Shown: positions 9,681 through 18,227, counted from the first letter of the stretch. The stretch is 64,000 nucleotides of DNA from a virus (IMGVR_UViG_3300022555_000003:128001-192000); one strand, 5' to 3'. A program made the numbers and translations. Notes: generated by a model from the sequence alone, not told the origin.

Positions 9681-9839
9681 TACTCTTTAAGTATAGCAGT
9701 TTGAGCAACAAAATGTCAACCAAAACAAAACGTCGTTTAAGCAATTTTTAGAGCAGATCTAGTGCTATGACCCCAACTCGCCCCTAATAATGCGTTGTAC
9801 GACGTTTTACTTAGATTTACGTGTTGAAAACAAAAGACT
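9681..9839 (-). repeat. promoter-linked palindromic module, copy 1
   Basis: TTGACA-18-TATACT plus AAAACGTCGTTTAAGCAATT ... AATGCGTTGTACGACGTTTT and GTTGAAAACAAA. Confidence 0.85.
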
Positions 9840-9850
9840 TATGCCAGCAA

Positions 9851-10213
9851 TTAATACTCTTCAACAGTTATCTTCCCAGTTTTCAAATCGTCTTCGATCA
9901 TTTTGTCAACCCGCAGTTTGATTTCGTCAACCGTTTCTGGAATCTTTTTATTCATCAATTTTGCGCACTCTAATTTATGCCAGGCTTTGAATTCTTTTGT
10001 TTCAGCTAGGTGTTTCAATGCATCCTGTCGATTTTTTGTATTGCTACGATGTTCTCGACCTTCTCCAACTGCACCAGATTTAGAATGGATTAATCTCACT
10101 CCACTGTTTGAGGTGTCCTTGCCTCCGCCGCCACAACCACCAACTGAAAATGTTTGCATTTCCAAATCCTTCATGGTGATTGAAAATAATAATCGTTTTG
10201 TTTTAGTACTCAT
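9851..10213 (-). CDS. class I release factor/ArfB-like domain protein with GGQ replaced by GGG
   Basis: GCGGGGKDTSNSGVRLIH...HRSNTKNRQDAL aligns to GAGGQHVNTTDSAVRITH...RSQHKNK. Confidence 0.8.
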   Translation of the reverse strand: MSTKTKRLLFSITMKDLEMQTFSVGGCGGGGKDTSNSGVRLIHSKSGAVGEGREHRSNTKNRQDALKHLAETKEFKAWHKLECAKLMNKKIPETVDEIKLRVDKMIEDDLKTGKITVEEY

Positions 10214-10622
10214 AAAATTTAAGTCCTCTTAATGCCAAATATACTAATTGTCCTTGATCTAACTTGGTCGATTCGTCAACTATTGTCCATTCATTTATTA
10301 CAACGTCTTCGAGATTTGAATCTGTGAAATCAGCTCCACGCAAATCGGCGCCACACAAATTAGCACCAGTTAAATTTGCATTTCGTATATATGAATAACT
10401 TAAATCCGAATAACTTAAATTTGAGTTATTAAAACTTGTTCCATGTAAATCTGAAGTAGATAAATCTGATTCACTTAAATTTGTATATCCAAAATCTGAT
10501 CCATACATATTTAAATTAGATAACTTTGCACGAGGCAAAATCAAATTACGCAAGTCTTCTTCAACTAGATTATTGCCTCGAGTTGTATGTAATAATGTAC
10601 CACTTTTTGATTTAATCTTCAT
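10203..10622 (-). CDS. pentapeptide repeat protein
   Basis: runs of A/S-[DN]-L-x-x pentapeptides. Confidence 0.9.
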   Translation of the reverse strand: MKIKSKSGTLLHTTRGNNLVEEDLRNLILPRAKLSNLNMYGSDFGYTNLSESDLSTSDLHGTSFNNSNLSYSDLSYSYIRNANLTGANLCGADLRGADFTDSNLEDVVINEWTIVDESTKLDQGQLVYLALRGLKFYEY

Positions 10623-10839
10623 ACAAATCTTTAAGATATTTTAAAACCCATATCAAAAATTGTTCTTCTGTTAAGATAAAATACCATTCAATTTCAACAA
10701 AATCTGTATATGGAAAACACTCAACATCAAATGTTTTCTTAATCCATTTTTTAGCATCATTGAAATATTTTTTTAATAGTAGGCCGAAGTAATATTGCTG
10801 TATTTTTATCAGTTGATGTGATAATATAATTACCATCAA
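10612..10839 (-). CDS. hypothetical protein
   Basis: ORF in operon orientation. Confidence 0.5.
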   Translation of the reverse strand: MMVIILSHQLIKIQQYYFGLLLKKYFNDAKKWIKKTFDVECFPYTDFVEIEWYFILTEEQFLIWVLKYLKDLYED

Positions 10840-11053
10840 TTAATTTACCATATATCCAAATTTTGGTAATTTTTACATCTGTTGGATTATGTGGAAGCAT
10901 TTTTTAAAAGATCAACAGGAACATCACAAATCCACGATTTTCCACTACTCAAACTATAAAATGAAACTGGTTTATTCTTTAAACAATAATCGCAAGTAAA
11001 CTTGCCTACTTCGCATTTGCATTCAATACTTGGTGACATTTCATTCTCCTAAT

Positions 11054-11449
11054 CTACAATCTAGCAAGCCCTTCTTCTGAACTGTATATAACTTTCTTAA
11101 TGCCAAATTCCAATATAGCACGTTGACATCCACTACATGGCTTCGCCATTCCCCAACCAGTATCTTTTACTCTGCAAACATAGAGAGACGATTTTTTGAG
11201 TTGTGACAAACTCAGATGCCTCATAGCATTTTTTATTGCAGAAATTTCTGCATGTAGATGAATTTTATGTTCGTCAGCTGCATACTTTTTTTGGAATGGC
11301 GAAGTTTTATAGGAAGGAACGCCATATGAAACTATTCGATTTTTATATACAATAATTGCAGCCAGTCTATAATTTGCAACTTTTTCAGACGCTATAGCGA
11401 CTTCTGTCAAATTATTAAACATACGTTTCATTCGCGTATCTGTATCCAT
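11054..11449 (-). CDS. CMP/dCMP-type Zn deaminase
   Basis: HLHAE and KPCSGC. Confidence 0.85.
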   Translation of the reverse strand: MDTDTRMKRMFNNLTEVAIASEKVANYRLAAIIVYKNRIVSYGVPSYKTSPFQKKYAADEHKIHLHAEISAIKNAMRHLSLSQLKKSSLYVCRVKDTGWGMAKPCSGCQRAILEFGIKKVIYSSEEGLARL

Positions 11450-11467
11450 AACTAATTATAGCAGAAA

Positions 11468-11833
11468 TTAAATTTGGTTGTCAATATTGATTTTAGTCGG
11501 ACACTTGCAACGTTTGGTTTGGTCTACTCCAACTGAAATTTTAACTTGGTCAACTACAAATTTTCCAATTTCTAATTTGATATTTTTAGCAATTTCTTCT
11601 TTAATCAAATCTTCAAAAGTTGTTCTGGTATATCGTTTCGCATTCCACGCTTCTTGTACCTTGCTTGCAACATAATGTTCAAACGAAAAACCTTTTAGAT
11701 ATTCATCAAACTTTTCTTTAACTACTTCCTTAAAAATAGATGTAATGTAATCTTTATCAATATGAAGATCATTAAACATTACGTTTCTTACTGCTTTGTG
11801 AATTTCTTTTCTTGAACTTTCTTCTTTGTTCAT
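11468..11833 (-). CDS. hypothetical protein
   Basis: 121 aa ORF. Confidence 0.6.
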   Translation of the reverse strand: MNKEESSRKEIHKAVRNVMFNDLHIDKDYITSIFKEVVKEKFDEYLKGFSFEHYVASKVQEAWNAKRYTRTTFEDLIKEEIAKNIKLEIGKFVVDQVKISVGVDQTKRCKCPTKINIDNQI

Positions 11834-11841
11834 AATTAACT

Positions 11842-12024
11842 TTACCGTTGCTGTAATAACCTTACCATCAAAATATGTTCTAATTCTCTACCAAATTCTT
11901 CTTGCTGGGTCACAAATAGTTTATTGTTATATCTATCAGTTTTTGTATCGTATTCAGTTAACTCAATAACTATACCACCAGAAGCAATATACACATCAAA
12001 TGTGAATCCATCTGATCGAATCAT
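11842..12024 (-). CDS. hypothetical protein
   Basis: 60 aa ORF. Confidence 0.5.
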   Translation of the reverse strand: MIRSDGFTFDVYIASGGIVIELTEYDTKTDRYNNKLFVTQQEEFGRELEHILMVRLLQQR

Positions 12025-12346
12025 TTCTCGTGATTTATTTGGATTCGAATTTGAATCTATATAACAATCGTCGCCATCAGATAATACCCATCTACAAAAT
12101 CTATGTAATAATTTTTTTATAATAATGAACTAGCTATACTAAAAATATCATATCAAAAACAATTAGCAACCCGCAATAAACAATTAGCAACAAATTCAGT
12201 GATATTATTCTAGTGTGACAATAAGAACAACTAAACACCATTTACATATCACCTAGTTTTTCTGTCTAATGACAGAGCCATGAGTATTGGATGATAATCA
12301 ATCTTTAGTATAGTCTAGTTTTGTGACAAACTACATCACAAAATCG

Positions 12347-12943
12347 TTAAACGATTCCTTCTCCTTCTAGAGTTTCCCAATCTGTACTTAAAATATCAAT
12401 CTCTAAATTTGTATTCAAAAACAATAATGCATCAGACAGCTTATTGATACTTCGCTTTAGTGAAATAACACTTTGTTTTAGTATTACCTTAAATGTTGGA
12501 GTCATTAAGGATAATGTTAAATTTTCTGTACCATAATCTACATACGTAGCAGATTTTCTCTTATCTACATTTGCAAGATATATACTTGACCATTCTAAAT
12601 CTTCTGGTGTAGTATTTTCAGATGCTAATAGCTTGGTAAAAATTAATAATTGTGCTTTAGCAGCATTGATGTCTGACAATACTTGATTTATAGAACAAGT
12701 ATTTGAATTCATCTTAACTGAATTGGCCATTCCAATATCTTGCCTGATGCTATGTAAGATTCTAGTAAGACTAATTATTCGCTCTACACTTGCTTCAAAT
12801 TTGCCAATTTCTGTGTTCTTAATAGCAACTGGATCCGCAACCTGGTTTGACACAATACGCTTTTCTGAATCAATATTGATTCTTGAAATTTCAGTTTGAA
12901 TATCGCCTGCAATTTTTGCAGCACGACGTAAATTAATCTTCAT
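12347..12943 (-). CDS. conserved phage coiled-coil hypothetical protein
   Basis: 198 aa helical ORF with good SD (AGAGGA). Confidence 0.7.
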   Translation of the reverse strand: MKINLRRAAKIAGDIQTEISRINIDSEKRIVSNQVADPVAIKNTEIGKFEASVERIISLTRILHSIRQDIGMANSVKMNSNTCSINQVLSDINAAKAQLLIFTKLLASENTTPEDLEWSSIYLANVDKRKSATYVDYGTENLTLSLMTPTFKVILKQSVISLKRSINKLSDALLFLNTNLEIDILSTDWETLEGEGIV

Positions 12944-13029
12944 ATTTTTATCCTCTTATCTTTTAGCAGCAAATGACAACGTAGAAATAAATAGCAAACA
13001 AAACGCAAATCCCGAAAAAAATGTTAACA

Positions 13030-13557
13030 TTAAATTTCCCCTAGTCCTGGACAGTCAATCATTACATCACTTAACAGTTGTGGTGTATAATTCATTACTT
13101 CAACTGAGCAATTTCTATACCACTTATTATCTTTACCAATCCAACCTTGTTCTCTATCATGAACATGTCCATATAAGCACATATCATATTTAACATTTGG
13201 CGCACCACATGAATATGCACTTCGATAAATTGGATTGTGAATCAATAAAATATTCAAATGCTCAATTTGCAAAACCAAATATTTTTGAACACTTGCAAAA
13301 TTAAATGTTCTACTAGTTACTGGCTTGTCATGATTTCCTTTAATTAAATGAATAATCCCATTCAACCTTCCATTTATGTTTGACACATCACCAAATCCAA
13401 AATCACCAATTACATAAACAGTATCATCATTTGATACAACAGAATTCCAATTTGCAATCAATATTTCCTTCATATGATCTGCATCAACGAAAGGTCGATT
13501 GCAATACTTAATTATATTGCTATGATTAAAATGTAGATCAGAAATAACAAAAATCAT
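13030..13557 (-). CDS. calcineurin-like metallophosphoesterase
   Basis: SDLHFNH, IGDF, KGNHD, YGHVH. Confidence 0.9.
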   Translation of the reverse strand: MIFVISDLHFNHSNIIKYCNRPFVDADHMKEILIANWNSVVSNDDTVYVIGDFGFGDVSNINGRLNGIIHLIKGNHDKPVTSRTFNFASVQKYLVLQIEHLNILLIHNPIYRSAYSCGAPNVKYDMCLYGHVHDREQGWIGKDNKWYRNCSVEVMNYTPQLLSDVMIDCPGLGEI

Positions 13558-13877
13558 ACAGCAATCCAAGAAGTAGCAATACAATTAAATAAAACAACCC
13601 GTTTAAATTTAAAACCCATTGGCCTCCGAATCAACGTTTTACTAGTTATAGCCCACTTTGGTAAAATTTTACATTCATTTGAAAAATAATAATCAATAGA
13701 TTTTTCAAGATACTCGTTTGCAGTTTCATTAGAGTCAGTAATCTTTTCTAATGTTTTAAAATTATATCCTGGAAGAACAGTCAATATCGAAGTTAATCCA
13801 TCTAGTGTTTCGAAATGAATATCAGTAACCCAATCGTCAACTTCAATGTATTCTAATCGTATAATATAATTCATCAT
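13554..13877 (-). CDS. hypothetical protein
   Basis: 107 aa ORF overlapping next start. Confidence 0.55.
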   Translation of the reverse strand: MMNYIIRLEYIEVDDWVTDIHFETLDGLTSILTVLPGYNFKTLEKITDSNETANEYLEKSIDYYFSNECKILPKWAITSKTLIRRPMGFKFKRVVLFNCIATSWIAV

Positions 13878-13889
13878 AATTTAAAATCT

Positions 13890-13945
13890 TAGTCCCAGCT
13901 TCTGGACTCGAACCAGCTTCAAGGCAATAATCTGTTGCGACCGGG
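13890..13945 (-). pseudogene. tRNA remnant (acceptor stem and T arm only)
   Basis: CCCGGTC/AGCTGGG-A-CTA with CTGG-TTCGAGT-CCAG; no recognisable D or anticodon arm. Confidence 0.5.
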
Positions 13946-13950
13946 AAATA

Positions 13951-14355
13951 CTACTTTTCACCAATATATCTTAACGTAAATGCATGTCCATCTTTAACAA
14001 TTTTCCATTTACCAGTTATTTCGCCTTTGTTAATAACAACCAAATTAGACATATTAAAAAATTCTCTGTATAACATAAAATATGCCGATCCAGTTTCTTT
14101 ATTTTTTAGAATAAACCCTTCGATGCCATAACTATAATTAATGCGATTTGAAATAATCAGTGTAGCAGTAATTTCATAAGTTTTATGGAAGTCATAAAAT
14201 TCTGGATAGTCTTTAGAACTTCCAAGAGATTTACTTGCTGGAACTGACCCGCCACTTCTAAAGAGTTTATTGACGTAATAATTTAATTTACTCTTTGGGT
14301 CCATTAAATCAAACAAGAAATCATTTTTAAGTACAGGTATTAAATCTTTTGCCAT
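13951..14355 (-). CDS. hypothetical protein
   Basis: 134 aa ORF behind a TTGACA/TATACT promoter. Confidence 0.65.
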   Translation of the reverse strand: MAKDLIPVLKNDFLFDLMDPKSKLNYYVNKLFRSGGSVPASKSLGSSKDYPEFYDFHKTYEITATLIISNRINYSYGIEGFILKNKETGSAYFMLYREFFNMSNLVVINKGEITGKWKIVKDGHAFTLRYIGEK

Positions 14356-14404
14356 AATTACTATTTAAGTATAACAGGTTTCCTATCTAGTTGTCAAATA
14401 CTGT

Positions 14405-14480
14405 TGGGAGCATAATTGGGTTCGAACCAATGACCTTCGGTTTCACAGGCCGACGTTCTTCCAACTGAACTATATGCTCC
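14405..14480 (-). tRNA. tRNA-His(GUG)
   Basis: cloverleaf, loop CT-GTG-AA, G-1:C73; CCA not encoded. Confidence 0.9.
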
Positions 14481-14685
14481 GTAATAAAATTTCTTCATTC
14501 AAAATATTGTGAGAATGAAGATTAAAAGCAGCATCACTAGCATCTTCTCCACTTTCGAAATATTTTTCAATATCAGAATTATATCTAGTCATCAACTCAT
14601 TTCGAAGTTGTGGAGGAAGTTTCCAATAATCTTCAAGCAAATTATCAATTTCTTCCCAATATCGAACTCTATTAGCAATACTCAT
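14470..14685 (-). CDS. hypothetical protein
   Basis: 71 aa ORF between tRNA genes; last codons run into tRNA-His. Confidence 0.5.
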   Translation of the reverse strand: MSIANRVRYWEEIDNLLEDYWKLPPQLRNELMTRYNSDIEKYFESGEDASDAAFNLHSHNILNEEILLRSI

Positions 14686-14696
14686 TTAATATATAG

Positions 14697-14770
14697 TAGG
14701 CCTAAATGGATTTGAACCATTGATCCCTGCCTTATCAAGACAGTGCTTTAACCAACTAAGCTATAGACCT
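14697..14770 (-). tRNA. tRNA-Ile(GAU)
   Basis: CTGTC-TTGATAA-GGCAG; ends A-CTA. Confidence 0.92.
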
Positions 14771-14780
14771 AAAATTTTTT

Positions 14781-14856
14781 GCCTTCGGGGATGGATTCGA
14801 ACCACCGACGCCAGCTGTTTCAAAGCTGCGCTCTACCAAACTGAGCTACCTCGAAG
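14781..14856 (-). tRNA. tRNA-Phe(GAA)
   Basis: CAGCT-TTGAAAC-AGCTG; acceptor stem appears to carry a bulged A. Confidence 0.8.
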
Positions 14857-14867
14857 AAAACTTATAG

Positions 14868-14941
14868 TCCTGGGAGATTGATTTGAACAATCGACTTCTA
14901 TCTTATGAGGATAGCACTCTACCAAGCTGAGCTATCCCAGG
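14868..14941 (-). tRNA. tRNA-Met or Ile2 (CAU)
   Basis: CTATC-CTCATAA-GATAG; ends A-CTA. Confidence 0.9.
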
Positions 14942-14949
14942 AAAAATTG

Positions 14950-15039
14950 TGGTGATAGGTTAGAGATTCGAACTCTAAAGGGCCCTAAGGACCGCTAGTT
15001 TTACAGACTAGTGCGACCAACCGTATTCGCGTACCTATC
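14950..15039 (-). tRNA. tRNA-Tyr(GUA)
   Basis: CTAGT-CTGTAAA-ACTAG, long variable arm, ACCA end. Confidence 0.92.
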
Positions 15040-15043
15040 AAAA

Positions 15044-15120
15044 CTGGAGCCGGAGAAAGGACTTGAACCTTCAATATCCGCATTACAGGTGCGGCGCTTC
15101 GCCAATTAAGCTACCCCGGC
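15044..15120 (-). tRNA. tRNA-Thr(UGU)
   Basis: CCGCA-CCTGTAA-TGCGG (C33 rather than U33), TCCA end. Confidence 0.85.
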
Positions 15121-15243
15121 AAAAACTTTATATTAATCTTTTAACATATAATTATATTTCAACTACATACAATATAAAAATTATACGAATTTCTCATAAA
15201 GAATATCTTTCAAAAGAAAAATTACCGATTATAATATCTAATC

Positions 15244-15331
15244 TGGAGCGGCATACGTGAATTGAACACGTTTTTAATCTTTTCAGAAGCTGGGGTGGAA
15301 ACCCAGTGATCACCCAATGACCCAATGCCGC
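15244..15331 (-). tRNA. tRNA-Gly(UCC) with 18-nt variable region
   Basis: GCGGCAT/ATGCCGC-T-CCA, CTGGG-TTTCCAC-CCCAG, variable CTTCTGAAAAGATTAAAA. Confidence 0.8.
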
Positions 15332-15339
15332 TCAAATTT

Positions 15340-15413
15340 TGGCGGGACCGGAGAGAATCAAACTCTCGACTTATGGGAGACAACCAAATGGTTTATCACT
15401 AACCTACGGTCCC
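15340..15413 (-). tRNA. tRNA-Asp(GUC)
   Basis: GGGACCG/CGGTCCC-G-CCA, loop TT-GTC-TC. Confidence 0.88.
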
Positions 15414-15424
15414 AAACTTATTAC

Positions 15425-15700
15425 TTATTTATTAAATCCGTTTAACTGCTTATACTTTTCTAACAATATCAATACATCTTCTTTAGTTTGATTAGCACAT
15501 GCTAAATCAACTAAATGTTGAATAATTTTTACAGCACCTATATGACTTAAATCATATTCTTGAACTGCATCAACATATTCCCAATCTGAAGAACCTGCAG
15601 CATCTAGCTGGCTATGTTTAACTCTAACTTTAGCTGAAACTGTCATAACTTCTAAGTCAGAATTTCCCATTACATCACATACTCTTTTAATAATCTGCAT
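15425..15700 (-). CDS. hypothetical protein
   Basis: ORF between tRNA-Trp and tRNA-Asp; ATG start chosen outside the tRNA. Confidence 0.55.
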   Translation of the reverse strand: MQIIKRVCDVMGNSDLEVMTVSAKVRVKHSQLDAAGSSDWEYVDAVQEYDLSHIGAVKIIQHLVDLACANQTKEDVLILLEKYKQLNGFNK

Positions 15701-15706
15701 ATACTT

Positions 15707-15794
15707 TGGCACCCCCTGTCAGATTCGAACTGACTTGATTTTTACATCACTGGGTTTGGAGTCCAGCGCGGCACACCATCTCCGCCGAAAGGGC
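15707..15794 (-). tRNA. tRNA with Trp anticodon (CCA) and long variable arm
   Basis: GCCCTTT/AGGGGGT-G-CCA, loop CT-CCA-AA, variable TGATGTAAAAATCAA. Confidence 0.82.
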
Positions 15795-15809
15795 GATAAT
15801 AAACTTTAG

Positions 15810-15882
15810 CTCTCGGAGCAGGACTCGAACCTGAAACATCCTGGTTAACAGCCAGGCGCTCTACCAATTGAGCTATCCGAGA
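15810..15882 (-). tRNA. tRNA-Asn(GUU)
   Basis: CCTGG-CTGTTAA-CCAGG; ends G-CTA. Confidence 0.93.
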
Positions 15883-15896
15883 ATAGCAAACTTTAA

Positions 15897-16034
15897 TGTT
15901 GTCCCAGCAAGTCGATATATTTCTATACCACAACAACCCGGCCTTCGCGAAGTTGACGGCTTTTCAGCATCTGATCTCAAAGCCGAAGCTCTGACGTTTT
16001 TCCAGGTTCTTCACTCTGGTCCACGCGGATCAAC
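15897..16034 (-). ncRNA. candidate structured ncRNA in tRNA cluster
   Basis: GC-rich segment with TCAGAGC-TTCG-GCTTTGA and GGTATA-GAAA-TATATC hairpins. Confidence 0.5.
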
Positions 16035-16045
16035 AAAATTTTTAG

Positions 16046-16119
16046 TCGGAGAAGCAGGATTCGGACCTGCGATATTCTGTTCCCAAAACAGACGGATTAC
16101 CAGACTTTCCCATTCTCCG
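16046..16119 (-). tRNA. tRNA-Pro(UGG)
   Basis: CGGAGAA/TTCTCCG, TCTGT-TTTGGGA-ACAGA; ends A-CTA. Confidence 0.9.
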
Positions 16120-16154
16120 ATAACATTATTATTTATCTTTTCTATTTCTCTTTA

Positions 16155-16183
16155 ATTATAGCAGTTTTTTCATTTCCTGTCAA
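16155..16183 (-). promoter_or_regulatory. sigma70-type promoter of the tRNA operon
   Basis: TTGACA-17-TATAAT with TG extension upstream of tRNA-Pro. Confidence 0.85.
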
Positions 16184-16332
16184 ATATTTCTTCCTCAATT
16201 AAAATCATTTCATATTTTCTCTTTATCACAGTTAGTGGAGGACGTTCAATCAATGTCAGACCGTCGCAATTACATTCAAATGAACACAGGCCTGATTCAC
16301 CAATAACAGAATTACATTTTATACAATAATAA

Positions 16333-16890
16333 TTAGTTACGAACAAATTTTTGTACTCCTAAAGTTCTCAAAACCTTCTGTACTGCAATTAATTGCCTAA
16401 AACAGTCGTCCATTGCATCATGCGTTACTTTTGGCTGCTTTACTGATACCAAATCGATAATAGTTCGCGAATCTCTAACCTGCCAATATGGCCAAGGTCG
16501 AGGCATATTATATTGTGCATAAGCATGTTCGAGCATTGAGATATCAAAAGTTGTTCCTTGTGCCCAAATTCGATCAGCTTTATTCCAAATAAATTTATGC
16601 AGTTGACTCAACGCTTCTTGCAACGAAACACGTACCAAACCTTCACCAAAAATACTATCTTGGACTGCTTGATCTTGTTGGCTCCACCATTTAATAGTAT
16701 CTGGATTAATAGTCCTTGTTGGTTGAGATTCAATATCAATTAATAGATGTAGTTGGGTAAGATCATATAGCTTTACACTCGAATTTTCATAATCCTGAAA
16801 TGGATCAAAACATACCGCTGCCATTGATACGATAGTTGCATTAACACTCGTATCTAATGTTTCTAAATCTATCATTATTGAATTGCTCAT
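16333..16890 (-). CDS. DEDDh 3'-5' exonuclease (DexA-like)
   Basis: MIDLETLD, WAQGTTFD, VRDSRT, HDAMDD. Confidence 0.85.
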   Translation of the reverse strand: MSNSIMIDLETLDTSVNATIVSMAAVCFDPFQDYENSSVKLYDLTQLHLLIDIESQPTRTINPDTIKWWSQQDQAVQDSIFGEGLVRVSLQEALSQLHKFIWNKADRIWAQGTTFDISMLEHAYAQYNMPRPWPYWQVRDSRTIIDLVSVKQPKVTHDAMDDCFRQLIAVQKVLRTLGVQKFVRN

Positions 16891-16950
16891 GTATTAAGTA
16901 TAGCAGTTCATTATAGAATTGTCAAACTTAAATTGATAAATACTTGTACT

Positions 16951-17205
16951 ATGGCAGCCAACGGAATTTCAACATTATCAACGAAAGAACTTAAACAGAT
17001 TGCGAAACTGAATCTAGCACAAACCAAACGACAAGCTGGTGGTAATACTTCTCAACCATTTTATCGACCACTTAATACGTACGATATTAATTTATTACCT
17101 ACGCACTATATTGGAGATACAGTTGTAAATAATGTCCACGCAGGTGATCCAACTCCAGGGAGGCCCTGGACTAATAATTTATCACTACAGAATATGATAA
17201 ATTAA
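16951..17205 (+). CDS. small late (probably virion-associated) protein
   Basis: MAANGISTL...GRPW; GATAAATA just upstream. Confidence 0.6.
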   Translation: MAANGISTLSTKELKQIAKLNLAQTKRQAGGNTSQPFYRPLNTYDINLLPTHYIGDTVVNNVHAGDPTPGRPWTNNLSLQNMIN

Positions 17206-17236
17206 ATAATGTTTATCAAAAGGAAAAAAGGAAAAT

Positions 17237-17750
17237 ATGAAACTAATTTTATTTCTAGCGCTGGCAGGCCTGGCTCACGGACAGACGCTCAACAGTGGAT
17301 CATCGGTTCTGAATGATGCTGTGAACTCGAAAGCGCCGATTGCGAACCCGACGTTTACGGGCAACGTAACGATTGGGGCTACAGTACCCAGTAACGCACC
17401 TCCGGCAAGCCTCTCTGTAAGCGGGAACGTGTATGCCGGGACACTCCCAGTCGCAACCTTCCGCAGCGGCTGGGGCGCGCCAACGGGCAACACCGACGCG
17501 CAACTCTACCTGGATCAAGCCAGCGGAACGATTTATTTCCAGTCCAGCGGGTTGTGGGCTCCGATGTCTACTGCGACACCCGTTTACGGCTGGTATGTGG
17601 ACCCTCACTGGCGCACCCGCCTGGGCTGCTAACAGACTTTACAAGGGTTCAATCTCCCGCGCTTCCGCTGGCATTTGGGACTGCTGGTACACGGGATCGA
17701 CGCCAGCAATAACTACCGGATTGGCTATACGACGATCACTGGGCTATAGG
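17237..17750 (+). pseudogene. GC-rich signal-peptide protein gene with two apparent frameshifts
   Basis: MKLILFLALAGLAHGQT; KAPIANPTFTG tail-fibre-type repeat; plausible continuation in other frames across CCC and GGG runs. Confidence 0.55.
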
Positions 17751-17995
17751 TAACGTAAATACGCGAAAGCGTTACGAGGAATTATGAAACTTCTAATCTT
17801 CTTCTTGATCGCATCGACGGCATGGGCGCAGACCATTGCCTCAACGTCAATCGGAACCTCATGCACGTTGGCGCAGGAGGCCACAGCAAATCCGACGCAG
17901 CAGACCGTCCAGTGGACCATCCCGGCGACGTAGACGGCATTGCCGTCTACGATCTCCATAAATCCAAGAGTATCCGCGATCTCCTCCACACGCAC
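17744..17995 (-). CDS. hypothetical protein in GC-rich island
   Basis: 83 aa ORF with GC-rich codons. Confidence 0.5.
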   Translation of the reverse strand: MRVEEIADTLGFMEIVDGNAVYVAGMVHWTVCCVGFAVASCANVHEVPIDVEAMVCAHAVDAIKKKIRSFIIPRNAFAYLRYL

Positions 17996-18023
17996 TTAAA
18001 TATTTTCCGATGTTCTTCTGTCA

Positions 18024-18227
18024 TTATCTGTCCTTGTCGGTTATGGCGTAATACAAACCAAGCGTGGAGATAAATAAACTAGAAACCATAGTGAATAGCG
18101 GAGCGTAAGACACGCTCCTCCATATCGGATCTGCCCACAAGTCGGAATGTAAAACATCAATAATCATCGCAGAGTCCAACAAGATAATCACGGACCAGAA
18201 AACTACCAAAATTTTACCCTTTGTCAT
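18024..18227 (-). CDS. small membrane protein
   Basis: two hydrophobic segments; SD GAAGGTGGAG. Confidence 0.55.
   Translation of the reverse strand: MTKGKILVVFWSVIILLDSAMIIDVLHSDLWADPIWRSVSYAPLFTMVSSLFISTLGLYYAITDKDR

Noticed and set aside
8963-9720. CRISPR-like array
   Set aside because: The repeats are sigma70 promoters, irregularly spaced about 230-250 bp apart by ORFs; no cas genes.
12240-12345. Structured RNA downstream of 12347..12943
   Set aside because: Only short AT-rich hairpins (AATCGTTTAACGATT; TTTGTGA/TCACAAA), compatible with a terminator or chance.
15707-15794. tRNA-Sec or allo-tRNA call
   Set aside because: Anticodon is CCA, not UCA, and the stems are canonical 7/5 bp.
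15063-16155. ORFs 15063..15260, 15742..15936 and 15868..16155
   Set aside because: They overlap clear tRNA genes; treated as spurious.
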